47,747 nucleotides of DNA from a bacterium (GTDB lineage Bacteria; Patescibacteriota; Minisyncoccia; Phycocordibacterales; Phycocordibacteraceae), in assembly GCA_021778295.1 (NCBI GenBank), contig JAJYCP010000003.1:1-47747 (forward strand), given 5' to 3'. The translations under genes and the position numbers were made by a program. This document shows, in pieces, positions 42,940-47,747 of the stretch (its first letter is position 1; each line of letters starts with the position of its first letter). The notes below the pieces were generated by a model. The model worked only from the letters and a program-made list of their open reading frames with translations. It did no database searches and had not been told where the DNA came from.

Positions 42940-43019
42940 TGTTGATAAGGGGATAAATGAAAATTAGAACCTATTGATGCGGTATTTTTGTAGACGGAAA
43001 ACATATAATGTGTGGATAA
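42940..43019. promoter_or_regulatory. DnaA-box cluster in the dnaA-dnaN spacer (candidate oriC segment)
   Basis: Perfect TGTGGATAA (= TTATCCACA) at 43011-43019. TGTTGATAA (1 mismatch) at 42940-42948. aGgGGATAA at 42949-42957. AT-rich stretch between them. Confidence 0.55.
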
Positions 43020-43033
43020 TATGGGCGGAAAGT

Positions 43034-44389
43034 TCATACAAGGAGAGTGCGTATATTTTGAATCTCTTTTGCAAGCTCGCTATCCACAACAACTTCACGT
43101 TTTATCTTCTCACAAGAGTGGATAACCGTTGTGTGGTCTCGACCTCCAAGTTTCACACCGATTGTTGGATATGAAATACTAAAATCTTCACGAAGAATGT
43201 ACATAATAACCTGGCGCGGCCGCACCACTTCTCTCCGGCGCGTCTTTTCATAGATGCTCTCCTCATCAATACCGTAAAATTCAGCAACCTTATCCACCAC
43301 GTTCTTTACGGATATATTTTTTTGCGGCCGTGTGAATGAACGCAGGGACTGGCGCACCTCCGCTATATCCGGCGCAAAACCTTTTACTTGAGCATGGCAA
43401 ATAATACTATTTACCATACCCTCCAATTCCCGTATGGACCCGCTCATAGAGGTCGCCACATACTCAACAACCTCATCGGAAAGCATCACTCCATGAGAAG
43501 CGGCCTTTTTCCGCACTATAGCCATACGCGACTCAGGATCCGGTTCCCCAATATCGATGGCCATACCGCTCGCCAAACGACCCTTTAGGCGCTCAGCGAC
43601 ATCTGGAATAGCCGCCGGAGCCCGATCAGAAGAGAAAATAATCTGTTTATTTGTATCGTGAAGCGCATTGAAAAGGTGAAAAAGTTCTTCCTGCGTCCTA
43701 TCTTTTTTTGAGAGAAACTGCACATCATCCATGATGAGGAGGTCATACTGACGATATTTATCTTTAAAACGATTTGCGGTGCCCGCCTGCACAGAGTCGG
43801 TATAATCGACCGCAAATTTCTCCGAGGTAAGGTAGAACACCTTCCGGCCCGGGTACTGTTTTTTGAAATGATTCCCAATGGCCTGGATAAGATGCGTTTT
43901 CCCGCGCCCCGTATCTCCATAAATGAAGAGTGGGTTATAGGAAATACCGGGGCGCTGCAAAGTCGCTTGCGCGGCGGCATACGCGAGATTATTGAAAGAA
44001 CCGATAACAAACGTATCAAAAGTGTAACGCGGGTTCAGGTTGTCGCTCTTGTTTATATAAAACTCATCAAGAGGAAGCTCAAGCGCGCCCCGCACATTTT
44101 TTACCTCCTTTGGGGGTAATTTGCGGCGCTCATCCTTCACAATAAGGTACTCGATATTACGGAATTCATAGGACACATCCCGCAAGATCTTCAAAAGCAA
44201 TGTGTGGAACTTTTTGAGATACCAATCTTTGAAGAATTGGCTTGGTACACCGATGTACACCACTCCATCCTCGCCTATTTTGACGATAAAACTATTCCGG
44301 AACCATGTATTAAAGTTCGCAGGCGATATCGAAAGCTCAACTTGCGTGAGCACATACTCCCACAACTCTCTCGGATTGCCTTTATCCAT
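43034..44389 (-). CDS. dnaA: chromosomal replication initiator DnaA
   Basis: NPLFIYGDTGRGKTHL, LLIMDDVQFL, SIRELEG, C-terminal ..GGRDHTTVIHSCEKI. ORF start 44398 is a TTG, so I use ATG 44389 (MDKGNPRELW). Confidence 0.93.
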   Translation of the reverse strand: MDKGNPRELWEYVLTQVELSISPANFNTWFRNSFIVKIGEDGVVYIGVPSQFFKDWYLKKFHTLLLKILRDVSYEFRNIEYLIVKDERRKLPPKEVKNVRGALELPLDEFYINKSDNLNPRYTFDTFVIGSFNNLAYAAAQATLQRPGISYNPLFIYGDTGRGKTHLIQAIGNHFKKQYPGRKVFYLTSEKFAVDYTDSVQAGTANRFKDKYRQYDLLIMDDVQFLSKKDRTQEELFHLFNALHDTNKQIIFSSDRAPAAIPDVAERLKGRLASGMAIDIGEPDPESRMAIVRKKAASHGVMLSDEVVEYVATSMSGSIRELEGMVNSIICHAQVKGFAPDIAEVRQSLRSFTRPQKNISVKNVVDKVAEFYGIDEESIYEKTRRREVVRPRQVIMYILREDFSISYPTIGVKLGGRDHTTVIHSCEKIKREVVVDSELAKEIQNIRTLLV

Positions 44390-44450
44390 GATACTCAAGA
44401 GTATACGCTTTTAGGGGGCGGAGCGGTACACTGGTGTTTCGGGGAGAACC

Positions 44451-44459
44451 TGTTACTAT
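44451..44459 (+). promoter_or_regulatory. extended -10 box TGtTACTAT upstream of rpmH
   Basis: TGT TACTAT, 23 nt before ATG 44483. Confidence 0.35.
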
Positions 44460-44482
44460 CATGTGCATAACCAAATTTCGAC

Positions 44483-44620
44483 ATGGCCAAACAAACCTAT
44501 CAACCAAAGAAACGTAAACGTGCGCGGACCCACGGATTCCGCGCGCGTATGAAAACAAGTTCTGGCCGTAAAATAGTTCAGAGCCGCCGCCGCACCGGTC
44601 GTACGCGCCTCGCCGTCTGA
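44483..44620 (+). CDS. rpmH: ribosomal protein L34
   Basis: Below the ORF-track cutoff. My translation: [45 protein letters not shown]. Confidence 0.93.
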   Translation: MAKQTYQPKKRKRARTHGFRARMKTSSGRKIVQSRRRTGRTRLAV

Positions 44621-44625
44621 TTTTT

Positions 44626-44937
44626 GTGTTCCCACGCAAAGAACGGCTTGCGCGCGACGCGTTTCCCACACTGCTTTCCGATGGCAAAAGGTTCTCGTCG
44701 GCGAATTTCACCGCTCTCGCCTCGAAAGAAGGACGGGGATATGCGGTCGTCGTGTCGAAAAAAGTCGCTCGGCTCTCGGTCACGCGACACCGCATAAAAC
44801 GGCGGGTGCTTGAAGCCCTACGAACCCTCCCTCTCCCCCGATCCCTCATCCTTTTCCCAAAGTCCCCGGTAAGTTCCATGAGTTATGGGGACATCCAAAA
44901 AGAGCTTATTGGTCTTCTTTCCAAAATCCGCCACTAA
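44626..44937 (+). CDS. rnpA: RNase P protein component
   Basis: GTG start 6 nt after rpmH. ..YAVVVSKKVARLSVTRHRIKRRV.. (RNR-type motif). Conserved rpmH-rnpA-yidC order. Confidence 0.85.
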   Translation: MFPRKERLARDAFPTLLSDGKRFSSANFTALASKEGRGYAVVVSKKVARLSVTRHRIKRRVLEALRTLPLPRSLILFPKSPVSSMSYGDIQKELIGLLSKIRH

Positions 44938-44951
44938 CGTAGAATGAGCTT

Positions 44952-45716
44952 GTGATATCAACTTTCTTTCACGCAGTTTTCTATAATCCGATTTACAACG
45001 CGCTCGTTGCGCTCGTTGCGCTCGTTCCTGGGTCGAGTGTGGGTGTCGCCGTCATTTTGATAACGATCGTTATTCGGCTCGTACTCCTCCCCTTCTCGCT
45101 TTCGGCAGCCCGTACCCAGCGCGCAATGAAGTTTTTGGAGCCGAAAATAAAAGACTTGAAAGAGAAGCATAAGGGCGATAAGGAAAAAGAGGCGCTCGAA
45201 ACCCTCGCGCTCTATCGCGAAGCGCGCGTAAATCCTTTTGCGAGCATCCTGACGGTCTTTATACAGATCCCAGTCCTCCTCGCGCTCTATTGGGTGTTCC
45301 TCTATGAACCGTTTTCAACGATAGATACCGCCCGGCTCTACGCATTCACTCCGATCCCACACACTGTTTCGCTCGAATTCCTCGGACTCGCTTCAATTGC
45401 CGGTAAAAGCATAGTCCTCGCAGTGTTCGCAGGATTCACACAGTTTCTCCAGGCGCATATGGCTCTCTCGGGTACGATGAAACCATCAACAACCGGCGGC
45501 ATGCAGGGGGATTTCCAAAAAGTCATGGGCATGCAGCTCAAGTACGTCTTCCCGTTTCTTATCGCAACCATTTCCTATACCACCTCCGGCGCTATCGCCC
45601 TCTATTTCATCACGACGAACCTCGCCGGAGCATTGCAGGAATGGCATGTGCGCCGCAAAATCCATGCGGAATTCGGCCCGCAAAATCCAATTCCCGAAAC
45701 AGCCACTGCGACCTAG
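44952..45716 (+). CDS. yidC: membrane protein insertase YidC (short form)
   Basis: GTG start. FYNPIYNALV.., ILITIVIRLVLLPFS, MKFLEPKIKDLKEKHKGDKEK, and multiple TM segments. Confidence 0.85.
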   Translation: MISTFFHAVFYNPIYNALVALVALVPGSSVGVAVILITIVIRLVLLPFSLSAARTQRAMKFLEPKIKDLKEKHKGDKEKEALETLALYREARVNPFASILTVFIQIPVLLALYWVFLYEPFSTIDTARLYAFTPIPHTVSLEFLGLASIAGKSIVLAVFAGFTQFLQAHMALSGTMKPSTTGGMQGDFQKVMGMQLKYVFPFLIATISYTTSGAIALYFITTNLAGALQEWHVRRKIHAEFGPQNPIPETATAT

Positions 45717-45755
45717 AGCCTGTCTGAAAACCCCAGACCTCCACTACCGAGTGTG

Positions 45756-45864
45756 GTCAAAAACCCCTCAGACAAGGCGCACGAGCGAGGAAACACGAGA
45801 CGTACTTTGAGGTACGGTGAGTGTTTTCGAGAGAAGGGCAACGCAGTATGAGGGGTTTTTGGAC
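45756..45864. other. 109-nt long-range hairpin between convergent genes (complex bidirectional terminator or structured element)
   Basis: gtcaaaaacccctca pairs with tgaggggtttttggac (15 bp, 1 bulge). Nested helices gaaacac/gtgtttt and cgtac-tttgag-gtacg. Confidence 0.4.
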
Positions 45865-45873
45865 ATGCTCTAA

Positions 45874-47082
45874 TCAGAGCTTATACGACCACACTGACCC
45901 GTCGTTCTTGTTTATAAAAGCGAGCACGGTGCCGGAAGGATCGATAGCAAGCGCTTCGGCATCAAGCGAACTATTTGTCTCTTTTTGGAAATCGAGCACA
46001 AGCTGCGCATAGCGGCCCGCAACGTCTATCTTCCATATACGGTCGGAGAAATGCACCGCACCCTGGTACCAGTCGTCCGGGTAGGCATAGTTTGCGGGCG
46101 GGTTCATGGGAATGCCGCAATACACCGCCGAATTATCGGCGGCCCACACGCACTTGTCCGCAATAGTCGCCACAGGGAGCTGTAGTGTGGCGCCCGTCGT
46201 CACATTTACAAGCTCCATCTGCATGCCTTGCGGGAGCGTGTAGCTCACCACCACCCATTTCCCGGACGGGCTTGCGAGCGCGACAAGGCCGTTCAAGGGC
46301 CCCGCGATGCGCGAGAAGTGTCCTGCACTATCAACAATGAACGCATCGCCCGGAAGCGTTGCCGAAGGTTTTGTAAACGCAAGATACTGGTTTTTCCCCG
46401 CAAAGGAGACGCGGAGCGAAGAAAGCGGCGTGGTAAATATCTGCGAGGAGTGCGTACCATCCGTGCGCATGAGCGAGGCGGACGAACCGTTCACCCCTGA
46501 GGCGAGCGCGAGCACGCTTGTTGAGGAGACGGCCAGGTCGGCAAGATTTTGCGGCAGGAAGAAGCCATTTCCGTCGTTTGCCGAGAGCGCGTAGGTATTG
46601 ATGGTGGAAAAGTCAGTGCCCGAAAGATAACGCACGAAAGCCAAAGAAGCATTCGGAAGCCATGAGGCCTCCTCGATGCCCGGAATAGTCTTGTTTGAGG
46701 TGCGGGTGAGCACGCCCGTGCCGACCTGATACGAAAACACATTGCCACTTTGCCGTTCGATGTACGTCACTGTGGTGTCCGGAGAAGAACTTGCGTTTTG
46801 CGCGGGGATATCCACGACAGCCTCCCCGGGCACAGCAGGTCCGGCGCTTATCTTCACCAACCGCGCAGAGACCACAATGGGTGACGGCGCACTGGAAGCG
46901 GAGGGAGTCGACGTTTGGCCAGTGGTTGTCGGCACCGCTCCCTGCTCTGCTGTAGGCAAGTTCGAGCTTGCGCCGGGTGCCACCGTCACACCCGGCGCGT
47001 TTGCGAAAAAATAAAAATACGCGACCACTCCCGCCCCAAGGGCGACTATCACAAGTGCGGCGATGATGAGGTAGCGGCGCAT
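45874..47082 (-). CDS. membrane-anchored hypothetical protein, probably beta-propeller-like
   Basis: Trimmed to MRRYLIIAALVIVALGAGVVAYFYFF. Ser/Thr/Pro linker, then repeated beta-rich segments (..YIERQSGNVFSY.., ..KWVVVSY.., ..GSVWSYKL). Confidence 0.55.
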   Translation of the reverse strand: MRRYLIIAALVIVALGAGVVAYFYFFANAPGVTVAPGASSNLPTAEQGAVPTTTGQTSTPSASSAPSPIVVSARLVKISAGPAVPGEAVVDIPAQNASSSPDTTVTYIERQSGNVFSYQVGTGVLTRTSNKTIPGIEEASWLPNASLAFVRYLSGTDFSTINTYALSANDGNGFFLPQNLADLAVSSTSVLALASGVNGSSASLMRTDGTHSSQIFTTPLSSLRVSFAGKNQYLAFTKPSATLPGDAFIVDSAGHFSRIAGPLNGLVALASPSGKWVVVSYTLPQGMQMELVNVTTGATLQLPVATIADKCVWAADNSAVYCGIPMNPPANYAYPDDWYQGAVHFSDRIWKIDVAGRYAQLVLDFQKETNSSLDAEALAIDPSGTVLAFINKNDGSVWSYKL

Positions 47083-47084
47083 AC

Positions 47085-47747
47085 TCAGTTGAATGGCGTC
47101 CAACTTGGATTGTCGGCACATTTAGTATCCAAATTACCGTACCAAGAGACGTCTTCGCACGTTAATTTTTCAGGATAACATTTCCAAGATGTTCCATACG
47201 AGGGATCATTTTTTGTCAACTGACAAGGAACTGAAGAATAGGTTATGTGTAGACCAGAAGTCGGGTCATCACTCACACAAGTTTTGAATCCAACATTTGC
47301 AGCATGGCATATGTTTGCGAAAGCCATAGCGTCAGCTCCATTGTTCGGTCTTGAAGGATAGTGAACCAAGGGCTGTAATATGTTGATTGTGAGTGAAAAG
47401 AAGCTCTGGTCGTATATGAATACATACCCTTGTTTCCCGGTACAAGTTGCCACATATGTCGGTACTCCGTTCGAAGAATTAGTTATGGAAGTGACAGACA
47501 GGTTTCCATCGGTACAATTTTGCTGACCCCATGTTGTGGCCTGATTATTGGTAAAGCACTTTGCTATTTGGAGAATGCCGGGCGTGCCGTTCACTGCGCA
47601 TTGGGACTGTGTTGGACTGGTAGGCCCCGACCCACTCCCGCTTCCTGCCGGAGTTGTGAGGTTGATCGGCGACATGTTAATGGAGAGGTTCAGGATGCTC
47701 GGATTGATGATAGAAAAAACGAGCACGGGCAACAGGACAAGAACCAG
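47085..47747 (-). CDS. Cys-rich secreted or anchored hypothetical protein (5' end beyond the right edge)
   Basis: The reading frame stays open to the window end (..LVLVLLPVLVFSIINPS..). GSGSGSG linker, about 11 Cys residues. AT-rich compared with its neighbours. Confidence 0.5.
   Translation of the reverse strand: MVLVLLPVLVFSIINPSILNLSINMSPINLTTPAGSGSGSGPTSPTQSQCAVNGTPGILQIAKCFTNNQATTWGQQNCTDGNLSVTSITNSSNGVPTYVATCTGKQGYVFIYDQSFFSLTINILQPLVHYPSRPNNGADAMAFANICHAANVGFKTCVSDDPTSGLHITYSSVPCQLTKNDPSYGTSWKCYPEKLTCEDVSWYGNLDTKCADNPSWTPFN

Noticed and set aside
41818-42979. 12-nt direct repeat GAACCTATTGAT at the 3' end of dnaN (41818) and in the dnaA-dnaN spacer (42968).
   Set aside because: By a rough N^2/2/4^12 estimate, tens of chance 12-mer matches are expected in a 48-kb window, so the repeat is not significant on its own.
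43004-43009. Perfect TATAAT on the plus strand next to the DnaA box.
   Set aside because: No plus-strand gene lies downstream, so it would only drive antisense transcription into dnaA. It is more likely part of the AT-rich origin or spacer sequence.
45000-45026. Perfect 3 x 9-bp tandem repeat GCGCTCGTT inside yidC (encodes ALVALVALV).
   Set aside because: It is in frame within a hydrophobic TM segment. It is most simply a small slippage duplication with no evident regulatory role.
1-47747. Search for CRISPR arrays, IS elements or transposases, integrases, toxin-antitoxin pairs, rRNA, tmRNA and obvious defence systems.
   Set aside because: I saw no spaced direct repeats, no transposase or integrase-like ORFs and no rRNA-like sequence when reading both strands. 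The only mobile-DNA hints are the tRNA-Leu 3' duplication and the HNH gene.

Overview
This is a gene-dense 47.7-kb bacterial chromosomal window covering the replication-origin neighbourhood (dnaN-dnaA on the minus strand, rpmH-rnpA-yidC on the plus strand). I can support about 60 protein genes and 9 single, dispersed tRNA genes: His-GTG, Leu-GAG, Leu-CAG, Val-TAC, Arg-TCT, Ser-TGA, Arg-GCG, Arg-CCG and Lys-TTT. I saw no rRNA, CRISPR array, transposase or integrase.

Most of the content is housekeeping:
- ileS (partial), argS, glyA, tmk, dcd and thyA, with folA divergent from thyA
- rplK-nusG-secE
- an envelope and copper block: a SIMPL protein, a DedA-PAP2-LssY-like fusion, a SHOCT protein and a CopB-type ATPase
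- rplS, rluA-family, uppS
- type IV pilus genes pilM/N/O, with pilB 10 kb away
- ruvX, ruvA, ruvB, yebC and ruvC, spread over the window
- murE-like, holA, polA, tsaE and a class A PBP

The short genes, pilus genes, many small membrane or secreted hypotheticals, an HNH gene and interspersed tRNAs suggest a mid/high-GC Patescibacteria (CPR, Parcubacteria-like) genome. That is inference only. All protein calls rest on motifs I recognise by eye in the supplied translations; no searches were run.

I found no clear novel multi-gene system such as a defence locus. The observations most worth a second look are:
1. A recurrent extended -10 box (TGnTAnnnT) 6-8 nt from start codons, implying widespread leaderless expression. 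A minority of genes (dcd, thyA, folA, a beta-barrel gene) carry strong Shine-Dalgarno sites instead.
2. A compact dTTP-synthesis cluster (glyA, tmk, long-form dcd, thyA, folA).
3. IleRS running into a histidine-phosphatase (RHGES) motif at the left edge.
4. An outer-membrane-type beta-barrel protein next to tRNA-Ser.
5. AT-rich patches: an APH-like kinase, tRNA-His and HNH block; dnaN-dnaA; and the last gene.
6. A 19-nt duplication of the tRNA-Leu(CAG) 3' end, which looks like an att-type scar.
7. Three long structured intergenic elements (37026-37169, 39262-39392, 45756-45864).
8. A tRNA-Arg with anticodon GCG.
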